From NCBI GenBank assembly GCA_030867685.1, contig JAQOWU010000007.1:2294001-2358000 (forward strand): a stretch of 64,000 nucleotides of DNA, given 5' to 3'. This document shows, piece after piece, positions 23,359-32,967 of the stretch; within the stretch, counting starts at the first letter, position 1, and every line of letters starts with the position of its first letter. Position numbers and translations under genes: made by a program. This stretch comes from Wickerhamiella versatilis. Its lineage: Eukaryota. The notes below the pieces were generated by a model. The model searched no databases. It had not been told where the DNA came from and worked only from the letters and a program-made list of their open reading frames with translations.

Positions 23359-24036
23359 TTATTTATAATCTGCAATACAAGAATTATTCGATCTATGGCA
23401 CCCATTTGGGCACTGCACGTCTGAGTTTATCCAGCGGAAATATGGATTGGTTTTCTCGGTGAAAATTGGGCCCAGGATATAGGGATCGGGTCCACCCACC
23501 TTACGTGCTTGTTGCATGATGTAGCGACTTGACACATCAATTTGACCGATACCGTATTCTATTAGCTGATCTATTGATGTTCCATAAATGTACTCCTTGA
23601 AGCCTGCCCATCGAATGGCAGAGGCACACATAGGGCATGATTCAGCAGTTGTATACATGGAAAGTTGTTGAAAAGCTTCCAGTGCTGCGTCACTCGTTAT
23701 GTTGCTTCCAAGGAACTGTGATGCACATGTTTGGATAGCATTAATCTCTCCGTGTTGAGTTGGATCTCCCCGAGGGCCGACGGAGTTTGCGCCCACACAA
23801 ACCAAATCTCCATCAGGGTTAGTGGAGGTATGATTTACTATAACAGTACCATAGGCATTAATAGGACAGGGACCGCTAGTTTTTACCATTTCGTCAATTG
23901 CTCTTTGCATCCAGTATTCGCGAGCCTCGAACGATACCTCATTATGATAACCGGCATTTTCTTCAACTAGGAAATATGCCTCACCCCCTAATATGGTGAA
24001 AAAAAGACTTACAATTCCAGAGATGGACAAATACAT
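23359..24036 (-). CDS. Zn-dependent nucleoside/nucleobase deaminase (cytidine/guanine deaminase fold) with predicted signal peptide
   Basis: DPTQHGEINAI and YTTAESCPMCASAIRWAGF Zn motifs; hydrophobic N-terminus; Cys-rich C-terminus. Confidence 0.85.
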   Translation of the reverse strand: MYLSISGIVSLFFTILGGEAYFLVEENAGYHNEVSFEAREYWMQRAIDEMVKTSGPCPINAYGTVIVNHTSTNPDGDLVCVGANSVGPRGDPTQHGEINAIQTCASQFLGSNITSDAALEAFQQLSMYTTAESCPMCASAIRWAGFKEYIYGTSIDQLIEYGIGQIDVSSRYIMQQARKVGGPDPYILGPIFTEKTNPYFRWINSDVQCPNGCHRSNNSCIADYK

Positions 24037-24178
24037 CTCATATCAGTGACCTCTCTATAAGTCCTGAAAGAAGTATATATCTTTATTATATAATATTCAA
24101 TCGGTCTTCGACAGTATAGTAATCTTTGTAAATAGAAATAAATAAAAAATATAAGTTTCTCTAAATAGTGCCCAGAGC

Positions 24179-26011
24179 TCAAATGAAGCTGGGACTAAGT
24201 CCCTGCTTCTCGACCAGGGCATTCCAATCTATATATCTTTCACCCATCTGATCATTCTTCCAGATCTCTCTCACAAGCTCTTGTACTTCCTTCAAGTTGT
24301 GTTGATCAATTCTGGCTAAAAGACTGTCGAACATTTCCATAACTTTTAGCCTATTTCCAGCATCAGCACAGCAAATACCTGCAATAAATAAAGGAAAAGT
24401 AAGAATCCCTTCCACTCGAGTTTCGATGCTATGTAAAATTGCATCAATTAGCTGCATATCCATAATACTCATCTTGAGCGATGATGAGTTGATTTGCAGA
24501 ACCGCTTTCTGAATATGCAGGAGAACAACCAGCTTGAATAGCTCGAACAAATCTATTTGTACCTTTGATTCATGATCATCCAGCGCTTTAAGCAGCTCCT
24601 GATTTGGACGAGCAGCACGCGCGTGGTCCTCAAGTATCTGAGCACGTTGGAAAGTCGATTCGAATGAGGACCTATCAGTCCGAGGGATGCCTCTCACCTC
24701 AAGTGCTATAGCATTCACCTTAGACAAAATCACGAATAAGGGCTCACAGCATGCCAAAACAGAGTCTGGCATGTTAATAGACATTGGCAAAGAAAATATG
24801 AACTCAAATTCAAGTGGCGAGAATAAAGACGGTGTCTGTGTTGACGAAGCAGTGAGAATCTCCTTATATGCGAAGTTCTTGAGAAGCCACCGGATGCTAT
24901 CGCATTCAATAAAGCTCATGATGCCACCATTTATCTGAATAACTTGTGCCGCCCATAATTGATATTGGCGCCAATCGCCAATGATTCCCGAATGAATTCG
25001 AACGGTAGCCAGAATCAAAATCGTGGCTAGAACTTCCTCTTTGGCCATTGTATTGCGTTCTTCCTTCTTTATCAACTGTGCGGCCTCTTCCGAATACATT
25101 TTAAGGTTATCATTCAGCTTGAGGTGCCAACTTGCCCAAGCCAATATGGCGTAAAGTACGGCACGGCATTTCAAACTGAGCGCGAGATACACAGAGCGAA
25201 AATAATTCAGGGGAGACGTTGACAAAACTAAACTCTGCTTATCGCGGAAATATTCAAAAAGCGCGATTGCATCATCACTCAGGTCAGGATAGTTGGCTTT
25301 AAGCATGACAGTTGATGGCGCAGGAGTAACGGTTTTACCAACTTTTGCATCAAAAATAAGACTTGATTTAAACGCGCCACGCTGAGGAAGACGGACAAAC
25401 TGCTGCGAATCTTGATTTGCATCACTCTCTCCAGAAATTACCGGTGAATCCGCTGGCGCTGGCAGGAAGAGGTGCGAGTCCTCGACTTTTGGGGAATCAA
25501 AGCCTTCCGCAGACACAAAAGCCACATCAATCACAGGAGAGGAAGTACTATTTGATTCGCTAAGTTCAGTGCTTTGAGCCGTGAACTGACGGTCCAGGTC
25601 TAAGAGGTAAGGGGCTTCAAGATCCAAAGGCGGAGGGGGGAGAGACCAGAGTATCGAGCTATCACTTGACGAAGCATCAATGTTATTCCGTGTGAAATGA
25701 AGAGGGAACAACAGTTGCTCGCCAGACGGAATTGAACTGCTAGCAGTTGGAGTCGAGTGATTCTGGGGCTTGGAAAGGGCGGAAAACGTATCATCATCTA
25801 TTGTGTACTTACTCTTTCTTGTTCTTGGCCGATTGTGTTCAGGATTAGGATATTGACAGTCAAATTTTAGCTTCTTACATGCGACACAAATTGGACGGGC
25901 CTCATCACAGCGCTTTTTTCTTCGACGACAAGTGAGACAGCCAGTTCGCGATCTTGAATATTTATGTTGACCCTCAATATTGGGTACAACATCTTTTTTC
26001 TCAGCTGGCAT
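24179..26011 (-). CDS. Zn(II)2Cys6 transcription factor with fungal-specific C-terminal TF domain
   Basis: RSRTGCLTCRRRKKRCDEARPICVACKKLKFDCQYP; FPLFIAG near the C-terminus. Confidence 0.93.
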   Translation of the reverse strand: MPAEKKDVVPNIEGQHKYSRSRTGCLTCRRRKKRCDEARPICVACKKLKFDCQYPNPEHNRPRTRKSKYTIDDDTFSALSKPQNHSTPTASSSIPSGEQLLFPLHFTRNNIDASSSDSSILWSLPPPPLDLEAPYLLDLDRQFTAQSTELSESNSTSSPVIDVAFVSAEGFDSPKVEDSHLFLPAPADSPVISGESDANQDSQQFVRLPQRGAFKSSLIFDAKVGKTVTPAPSTVMLKANYPDLSDDAIALFEYFRDKQSLVLSTSPLNYFRSVYLALSLKCRAVLYAILAWASWHLKLNDNLKMYSEEAAQLIKKEERNTMAKEEVLATILILATVRIHSGIIGDWRQYQLWAAQVIQINGGIMSFIECDSIRWLLKNFAYKEILTASSTQTPSLFSPLEFEFIFSLPMSINMPDSVLACCEPLFVILSKVNAIALEVRGIPRTDRSSFESTFQRAQILEDHARAARPNQELLKALDDHESKVQIDLFELFKLVVLLHIQKAVLQINSSSLKMSIMDMQLIDAILHSIETRVEGILTFPLFIAGICCADAGNRLKVMEMFDSLLARIDQHNLKEVQELVREIWKNDQMGERYIDWNALVEKQGLSPSFI

Positions 26012-26278
26012 ACCTGCCTTCCACGTCCCACACGACGTTCACCTGCGATGCTTCTGTAGATTAGACAACCTGTTATTAATCGAACAAATGGGTACGATTG
26101 CAAAGGCTGTTGGCTTCGTCTCCTAAAAAATCTTCCAGGGGATTTTTACATTGATCTACAGTGCTATTTATTGTAAATCATTCTATCTTACAAAATAATG
26201 TTAGGCAACGGTTTGGCAGTGAGAAAAGTTTAAACCCACAAGTTCAGCTTATCCCCACAGCCTTATAACCTGTCATGC

Positions 26279-27784
26279 CTAGCATCTTTGCTGCGCTTCA
26301 AGAATATTAAGGTCCATATGATTTCTCATGTAGCGTTCACTGGCCGCAAAAAAGGGCTGGTGATCCCAGGGTGTATATCTGCCCTTACGAAGAGCTTCAT
26401 ATACAAAGATTCGACGAGCTTGACTCTCGCGAACCTCGGTGTCAAACTTTTTAAGATCCCAACGAGCCCGTACTCGTTCTATGAAGTCCTGTACAATATC
26501 CGCGTAATCAGAATCTTTCGCGAGATTCCGGAATTCATAAGGATCGGTCTCTATATTAAACAGCTGCGGAGGGTCATTGTCACACCAGTTGAATTTGTAT
26601 GGTCCATCGCAAATTGTCACCAGCGGAGCTACAGTTCCTTCTGCCGCATACTCCATATATACAGGTCCATGGTGACTTTCTTTTTTTATCAGCGGCAAAA
26701 GCGACACTCCATCACCAGATAGGAATTCATCGTCAATATTATCGATTCCCACTAGCTCAGAAAGAGTATTGGCAATGTCGACGGTGGACACTGCTTCGTT
26801 TATGGTTTCAGCCTTTTGTCCAGGGATTTGAATTGCGAGAGGCACCCGGGAGGAGCCTTCGCGAGGACTCATTTTGAACCAGAGGCCATGATCTCCGAGC
26901 ATGTCACCGTGGTCGGAAAGGAACAATATAATTGTGTTATCTCGCATTCCAGTGCGTTCAAGAATTTTAAGCAATCCACCAAACTTATCGTCAATGTAAG
27001 AGATATTGCCAAAATATGCGCGACGAGAACGTCGAATGTTCTCGTCGGAGATGTTGAAAGCCTTGTAGTCATTGGCGTCGAGCAGACGCTTAGAATGCGG
27101 GTCCTGCTGGTCATAGGGAACGGCTGGTGCATTAGGCATTAACGCAGGACAGTTTTCATATAGATCCCAGTATTCCTGTCGTGTGACGTAGGGATCGTGG
27201 GGGTGAGTGAAACTTACCGTCATACACCAAGGCCGCGGGTCCTTTCCACGGGCAAAGTCACGAAGTTTCTGTTCCGCGACGAAAGCAACTTCATCATCAT
27301 ATTCAAGCTGGTTACTGGTCTCTGCCACACCTGCTCCAGTGACCGATCCCATGTTGTGGTACCACCAGTCCACCCGCTCATTAGGTTTGCGATAGTCGGG
27401 TGTCCAGCCGAAATCAGAGGGATAAACATCAGTAGTCAGGCGCTCCTCGAATCCGTGAAGCTGATCTGGACCTACAAAATGCATTTTCCCTGAGAGAACG
27501 GTATTATATCCATTTCGACGCAGCTGATGAGCGAATGAAGGCATACTAGCCGCTAATTCCGCGGCATTGTCATAAACACCGCTACTTGACGGAAGCCTTC
27601 CTGTCATTAGGGACGCCCGTGCAGGACCGCAGAGTGGACTGCTAGTATAGCAATGCGAGAAGTTAACTGCGGAGTTATACCAGGACCGAAGGTGTGGCAC
27701 ATGAAGAAAGTCTGCGGGACCATTCTCAAACAGTGTGCCGTTCACCTGATCCGCCATGACAATCAATACATTGGGCCGTGACAT
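26279..27784 (-). CDS. betC: Choline sulfatase, proteobacterial type
   Basis: SSPLCGPARAS (CxPxR), GKMHFVGPDQLHGFEERLTTD, GWTPDYRKPNERVDWWYHNMGSVTGAGVAE, SFTHPHDPY, ERYMRNHMDL; collinear with rhizobial BetC as I recall it. Confidence 0.93.
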   Translation of the reverse strand: MSRPNVLIVMADQVNGTLFENGPADFLHVPHLRSWYNSAVNFSHCYTSSPLCGPARASLMTGRLPSSSGVYDNAAELAASMPSFAHQLRRNGYNTVLSGKMHFVGPDQLHGFEERLTTDVYPSDFGWTPDYRKPNERVDWWYHNMGSVTGAGVAETSNQLEYDDEVAFVAEQKLRDFARGKDPRPWCMTVSFTHPHDPYVTRQEYWDLYENCPALMPNAPAVPYDQQDPHSKRLLDANDYKAFNISDENIRRSRRAYFGNISYIDDKFGGLLKILERTGMRDNTIILFLSDHGDMLGDHGLWFKMSPREGSSRVPLAIQIPGQKAETINEAVSTVDIANTLSELVGIDNIDDEFLSGDGVSLLPLIKKESHHGPVYMEYAAEGTVAPLVTICDGPYKFNWCDNDPPQLFNIETDPYEFRNLAKDSDYADIVQDFIERVRARWDLKKFDTEVRESQARRIFVYEALRKGRYTPWDHQPFFAASERYMRNHMDLNILEAQQRC

Positions 27785-27794
27785 CGTGATTGAT

Positions 27795-27800
27795 CCTCCT
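27795..27800 (-). promoter_or_regulatory. Shine-Dalgarno-like AGGAGG 10 nt upstream of the betC ATG (probably vestigial)
   Basis: Minus strand reads ccAGGAGGatcaatcacgATG. Confidence 0.55.
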
Positions 27801-27877
27801 GGAGCAAGGTTATCTTTGGTAGAGTTTATATCAATACCTCGGCGAGACCGATCGGTATTGGGACCGAATTGCGTTGT

Positions 27878-27887
27878 CTCACGTGAG
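27878..27887. promoter_or_regulatory. Palindromic E-box CTCACGTGAG (Cbf1-type site) upstream of betC
   Basis: TCACGTGA core about 95 nt upstream of the ATG; minus-strand TATAAA at 27825-27830. Confidence 0.5.
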
Positions 27888-28629
27888 CAACCTTACGAGA
27901 TCTATATATTAGCGCAGAACTGTATATCACTTTACAGGACGAATCGGACCGTGAAATGTTGTTTCTCAGTTAGCTTCTAATCATTTTAACGTGCCATTCC
28001 AAAAAAAAATATTGCAACCTCAGTGCTACCGCGTAGGTTGTGTTAAACTAATTAGAGATTACTAATAGTGATTTGGCTGGTTCCTAAGATTCTTCCTATC
28101 TACTGGTTCGACTTCCGACAGCTTTTCCGAAGAAAAGTCTACGAGGTTGTGCTTGCCGGTTTGTATACCTGCTTTGCACAGGGTATGGCCTTTCAATCGT
28201 ATATACGGGTAATTTTTTTTTCCATACTGTTCGTAAGTGATAGGGATCTGGGCTACCATCATTTTAAGGTTACAAGATTATCTGTCAGGTGATTATCATC
28301 GGACTGCTTCAAATTGACGAGAACCACGTAACTCTTGCGATTATGAATTTGTCCACATGGCTTTGCCCCTCTGTCTCCCTCACGTCACCTATCTGACCGT
28401 TGGTGACCTTCTGCTTTATCACTTATCAATCATTATTATTCAGGTTTTTTTGTTAAGTAGTCTGAAGTGGCCAGAACTTTCATATGAATATAGAAGTCCC
28501 TAATTCAAGTGTATTTGGGTGAACTTCGCGATTCCAATCGGCAAGGCGACTAGAAGTTCGGCGCTTCAGCTGGCTTGTATAGCCACCTTCAAGTTGAACA
28601 CAGTAAAATATATAACTAGAATAAAAACA

Positions 28630-29127
28630 CTACTTGGCAATTACATCCACAGCCTTATCCACGTTGCCGCGAATTGCATTTGAGTAGGGGCATGTCTGGT
28701 CGGCCTCAGCCACTAGATCCTCGGCCTCCTTTTGGCCAAGACCCTCAATAGTAACCTTCATGTCAACGGCGATATTGAATTGACCAGGCTGTTTAGGTAC
28801 TAGGGATACAACGTTTGTGACTTCCACTGCCTTCTCAGGTAGTCGAAGCTTGCGTTTCTGATTAGCCGTAAACAAGATGGCGTTTTCGAAACAGGCAGCA
28901 TAACCACCTGCAAATAGCTGCTCTGGGTTGGTGGCACCACCCTTGCCGCCCATAGATTTGGGGATTGCGAGCTTGATATCTAGAAGACCATCGTCGCTCT
29001 TGATGGTACCATGACGTCCCCCAACTGCCGAAGCGCTTGTGGTAAACAAAGGCGAGGCTTTCGCTGCATAGCCTCTGAGTCCAATTCTACCGAAGTTCAA
29101 TGCTGGGGTAATAGCTTTGCGAAGCAT
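28630..29127 (-). CDS. ohr: Organic hydroperoxide resistance protein Ohr with N-terminal mitochondrial-type presequence
   Basis: GGRHG, ATNPEQLFAGGYAACF and CPYSNA motifs. The first ATG at 29127 gives the leader MLRKAITPALNFGRIGLRGYAAK; the track start at 29310 is TTG. Confidence 0.92.
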   Translation of the reverse strand: MLRKAITPALNFGRIGLRGYAAKASPLFTTSASAVGGRHGTIKSDDGLLDIKLAIPKSMGGKGGATNPEQLFAGGYAACFENAILFTANQKRKLRLPEKAVEVTNVVSLVPKQPGQFNIAVDMKVTIEGLGQKEAEDLVAEADQTCPYSNAIRGNVDKAVDVIAK

Positions 29128-29473
29128 TATGCTAAATATTGAAGCCGGGGAGCTCGCTATAAATCCTATACACCTAACCCTGATAGGGCCGTTCCAGCAC
29201 AGCAGCAAGTAAGCGATAGATTCTAGACTGCTGAGCAGTCTGTCAGCAGAAACTTGGGTCTGGGCTCGACGCTTTGAAATAAGCCTAATCTTAAATAATA
29301 TGACTTCCAAAAACGTTGCTACACAGAGAATTTAATTCTGAGGTCAATGTGTCCTCGGCACCCCTCGACTTATTTATCGTCGAAATCTGAAACTTAACGC
29401 GTTGTACGTCTCTTAGCTAATAGATCTATTCTGGTGAGTGGGATCTATAGATCTGTATTGAAAAAGCCTAAGC

Positions 29474-31000
29474 ATGCCTGCCTTTTCCCTTCGGCTTCGC
29501 AGGCTCATTCACCTCTTCATTCTTTTATGTTCGATATATATAGTTGCTCAGGCAGGGTTCAGCTGGACATTCAGTGCCAGTGGACAGAAAGGCTGGCTTC
29601 AGGAGCTCAAGAGTGGAGAGCCAAATAAAGGGTCATCTTACAATGCCGAAGGGATCAAAAATGGATATCGCCATCGACCGGGGCCAGAAAATGTCATGTA
29701 CGGTCTGAAGACCGGGGCCAATATACTTTGGAATGAAATTCCTCTTCATGCAGCTACCACGTTCAAGAAATGGCCTCAGCATAAGGCATACGCCGAAATT
29801 GGTGAATTATTTGGTGATGAACCCATTTTCGATCTTTTTGAACGTGTTCCCGAACATGTCATTAACGATGACGCGCTTGAAAAATATCGGACTCTGAAAG
29901 ATGAGATTGCGCGCCATGATGAATGGGAGTACAATATGGTCGCAGATTATGATGGGTGGTCAATTGACCGTTTCAAAAATGTGCCTATGGCAGCTCATAT
30001 GTGGGAGCATGCGACCCCAGAAACAGAATGGTTCATCATAGCTGACGGTGATTCGTATTTTCTTCAGGATAATACTTTGAACTTTCTCCAGAATTATGAT
30101 CCGAAGGAGCCTTGGCTTCTCGGCAGCCCTGCTTTTGCCGGTGGTGCATTTACCCCTGAGGGCGAGGAGACAGGAATCTGGTTTCCCCACGGTGGTAGTG
30201 GCGTTATCACGAGCCGGGAGGCTCTGAATAGATTATTCGCAGGAGGTGTTCAGCCCGTAATTGATACCTATACAGAACGTGCGATATATCACTGCTGTGG
30301 TGATGCTATTTATGCAATCGCTCTTTTCGAGATAGCCAATGTCTCACTGAGCACACCTGAAGAAACCCAATCCGATTATGCCGATTTTTTCCAGGGTCAC
30401 GGTTTTGCTGATTTTGGCATCGTTGATGGATCCTGGTGTTATCCCGTTCTTTCGTTTCACCATACTAGTCCACGGGAGTTAGAACGTCTATACGAATACG
30501 AAGCTCGCCGATCTGGAACTGTGACACAAAGTCAATTCTATGAGGAGTTCTGGCTTCCATATATGGTACCAGAGCGTCAGTGGTGGGACGCATTTGAAGC
30601 AGTGGTTAATGATCCGTGGCTTTACCAGTTCACGCCGGATTCCATTTTGGAGAGCGAGGAGCTAATGGATTTGATGGCTACAGGATCTGTGCCATTTGAA
30701 TCTAAATCTGCTTGCCGTAGTATGTGTGAGAATATAGAAGATTGTATGGTCTGGAGATGGAAAAAAGGACTGTGTACCGTCTCCCATAGCGGCCTCCTGG
30801 TGCGCGGCAGAGGAGTTAGGGAGGGTCGTAAGAACTGGAATGACGAGGAAATGTGGTCCGGGTGGATGGTGGAACGTATCCGGGAGCGAAGAACGAGAGC
30901 AAATTGTGATCCTAAGGCCGTCAACCAAAACCAGCTCGTCGAAGGTTGGGGATGGTCGAAACCTTCACATCCAGCTACCACCATAAAGCGAAGGCAATAA
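29474..31000 (+). CDS. Glycosyltransferase family 31-like type II membrane protein (fungal)
   Basis: N-terminal signal anchor; LKTGA, GWSIDRFKNVPM, WFIIADGDSY, FPHGGSG, CCGD, SFHH motifs. Confidence 0.8.
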   Translation: MPAFSLRLRRLIHLFILLCSIYIVAQAGFSWTFSASGQKGWLQELKSGEPNKGSSYNAEGIKNGYRHRPGPENVMYGLKTGANILWNEIPLHAATTFKKWPQHKAYAEIGELFGDEPIFDLFERVPEHVINDDALEKYRTLKDEIARHDEWEYNMVADYDGWSIDRFKNVPMAAHMWEHATPETEWFIIADGDSYFLQDNTLNFLQNYDPKEPWLLGSPAFAGGAFTPEGEETGIWFPHGGSGVITSREALNRLFAGGVQPVIDTYTERAIYHCCGDAIYAIALFEIANVSLSTPEETQSDYADFFQGHGFADFGIVDGSWCYPVLSFHHTSPRELERLYEYEARRSGTVTQSQFYEEFWLPYMVPERQWWDAFEAVVNDPWLYQFTPDSILESEELMDLMATGSVPFESKSACRSMCENIEDCMVWRWKKGLCTVSHSGLLVRGRGVREGRKNWNDEEMWSGWMVERIRERRTRANCDPKAVNQNQLVEGWGWSKPSHPATTIKRRQ

Positions 31001-31110
31001 AAAAAACTATATGTTAATTAGAGTATTTATATTCAAGTTGTATATTATTAAATCAGTCAAAAAGCATATCTATAAAACCAAGTCAGTATTGCGGTGGCCG
31101 CCGCCTTGAA

Positions 31111-31971
31111 TTATATGGCACGCTTCCTGCTTTCCTGGATGTACGCCTGTCTCAACCTTAGCGTTACAGGGCCCGGCTGGCCATTTGCGATTTCTACATC
31201 ATCGATTACAACGACTGGAGTCACGAATGTGGTTGCGGACGTTGCAAAGCACTCCAATGCATTCTGGGCCTCAGCAACCGTAAAGGATTTTTCTTGGACA
31301 TCCAGTGAAAGTTCCTCCGCGATCTTGTACACCACTGCACGTGTTACTCCTGGCAAGATTGAATGCGATAGTTCCCGTGTAATAAGTTTGTGATCACGGG
31401 TAAGGATCCAGACATTATTTGATGCACCTTCAGTCACTTTACCATCCTCAACCATCCATGCGTCAGCTGCCCCGGAGGCTTTAGCAGTCATTTTGGCCAT
31501 CACAGGATATAGCAATTGAACCGTTTTGATATCTCGCCGTGCCCATCGCAGGTCTGGGAGGGTCACTACACTAATTCCCTTGGAAGCTGATGGATTTTCA
31601 ACCAACAATTTCGCCTGAGTGAATACCACGAGAGTGGGGGGAGTGCCAGCTGAGTATTGAAAGTTCCTATCACCCTCATTCCCACGTGTGAGTTGAAGAT
31701 ATACTGCTCCCTCAGTTATTCCGTTTATATGGATAAGCTCGCGATATAGTTTCAGAAGTTCCTGCTCACTGAGCGGTAGCTTTATACCCACCTCGTTTGC
31801 TGATCTTCGCAAGCGCCTTGTGTGTCCTTCGAAGTCTACCAGCTTCGATTCAAGCACACAAGTCATTTCGTAAATTCCATCTGCAAAGAGGAATCCGCGA
31901 TCAAAAATAGATACTTTTGCATCTTCCTCCGCAACATAGATTCCATTCAGGTACACAGTGCGATGACTCAT
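31111..31971 (-). CDS. dat: D-amino-acid transaminase (PLP fold type IV), bacterial type
   Basis: VSIFDRGFLFADGIYE, DLRWARRDIKTVQLL (catalytic Lys), VTEGASNN, ILPGVTR. Confidence 0.88.
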   Translation of the reverse strand: MSHRTVYLNGIYVAEEDAKVSIFDRGFLFADGIYEMTCVLESKLVDFEGHTRRLRRSANEVGIKLPLSEQELLKLYRELIHINGITEGAVYLQLTRGNEGDRNFQYSAGTPPTLVVFTQAKLLVENPSASKGISVVTLPDLRWARRDIKTVQLLYPVMAKMTAKASGAADAWMVEDGKVTEGASNNVWILTRDHKLITRELSHSILPGVTRAVVYKIAEELSLDVQEKSFTVAEAQNALECFATSATTFVTPVVVIDDVEIANGQPGPVTLRLRQAYIQESRKRAI

Positions 31972-32057
31972 GTATTCTTCTCACGTGGAGATAGCGTTTA
32001 TTAGTCTACTGATTAGCAATTTAAGACAATCTACAACCTGCTGGAGCTTTGAGAAGA

Positions 32058-32858
32058 CTATTCATCCACACATAGGGCTAATGTTGCACTTAGTCCCATA
32101 AGTAAGGCGCCTGCTGAAGCCGCAACTCCAGAAAAAGAAAACATCAGCCCCATCTGAATGCCGGACCACATGCAAAGAGGAATTTCGATCGTGGCACCAA
32201 CAATAAACATATAAGAGGCCCATTTAGCAGTAGAAACAGGTAAGGTCAAGGATAATGCAATTAATGGCATGCATATGGCTACCTGGAATGGCCGTAGTGA
32301 CGAGAGAATAGAGACAGGAAGAACGGCAGTAGGAAGAACAAGAGGCAACAGAAACAAGGTACAAAAAAATGTTAATAGTGTAGATGCGAATACAGAATTG
32401 ACCTTCCTTGCGCTAGTGACTAACTGTATGATGGGAATGACGGTGCGCATGTTATCAAGCATTGCCAAAGAAAACGTTGAAAACGCAATAATTGCCACAG
32501 TGTAGCTTTGTATACCACTGTCGAGAATCTTATCGTAATCACCACTTTCCCTTAGTTCAAATCGTAGATTGAAAGATGTAAAGAGGACGGCCACTAAAAT
32601 CAATACGACGTTGACAAGGCACAATGACACAGCTCTTTTCAGCGAAAAATATCCAGAAGGGCGGATAAACCTTTGATAAATAAATGGTGCTATACAGGGA
32701 GCCAGCATGACGAGTTTATGTTCTGTGACAAAATTCGTTGCTTCCGGCACGACAGATGAAAAAACTGCGCAAGAGAGAGGACCAAAAAATTCATATGCAG
32801 TGAACTGAGATTTACTGATACTCACAGACTTCTGATTTCTTTTCGGATTCGACGCCAT
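32058..32858 (-). CDS. Hypothetical multi-pass membrane protein
   Basis: 266-aa ATG-started ORF with about 7-8 hydrophobic segments; no family recognised. Confidence 0.55.
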   Translation of the reverse strand: MASNPKRNQKSVSISKSQFTAYEFFGPLSCAVFSSVVPEATNFVTEHKLVMLAPCIAPFIYQRFIRPSGYFSLKRAVSLCLVNVVLILVAVLFTSFNLRFELRESGDYDKILDSGIQSYTVAIIAFSTFSLAMLDNMRTVIPIIQLVTSARKVNSVFASTLLTFFCTLFLLPLVLPTAVLPVSILSSLRPFQVAICMPLIALSLTLPVSTAKWASYMFIVGATIEIPLCMWSGIQMGLMFSFSGVAASAGALLMGLSATLALCVDE

Positions 32859-32967
32859 TCTGCCTCCTTCAATTCGACTTTGACGTTCGGGGGTTTAGTC
32901 ATACGCTGAAGTGGATCCTTAAGTGCCAACAACTCTCAGCTCTTCGCAATTTTATCCTTCTTATAGA

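Noticed and set aside
29128-29310. 61-aa N-terminal extension of Ohr in the ORF track
   Set aside because: It starts at TTG; the first ATG at 29127 gives a coherent presequence plus Ohr core.
32058-32858. Possible PIG-F/GPI11 identity of the membrane ORF
   Set aside because: The diagnostic PLDWDRPWQ motif is absent; only a vague IEIPL resemblance.
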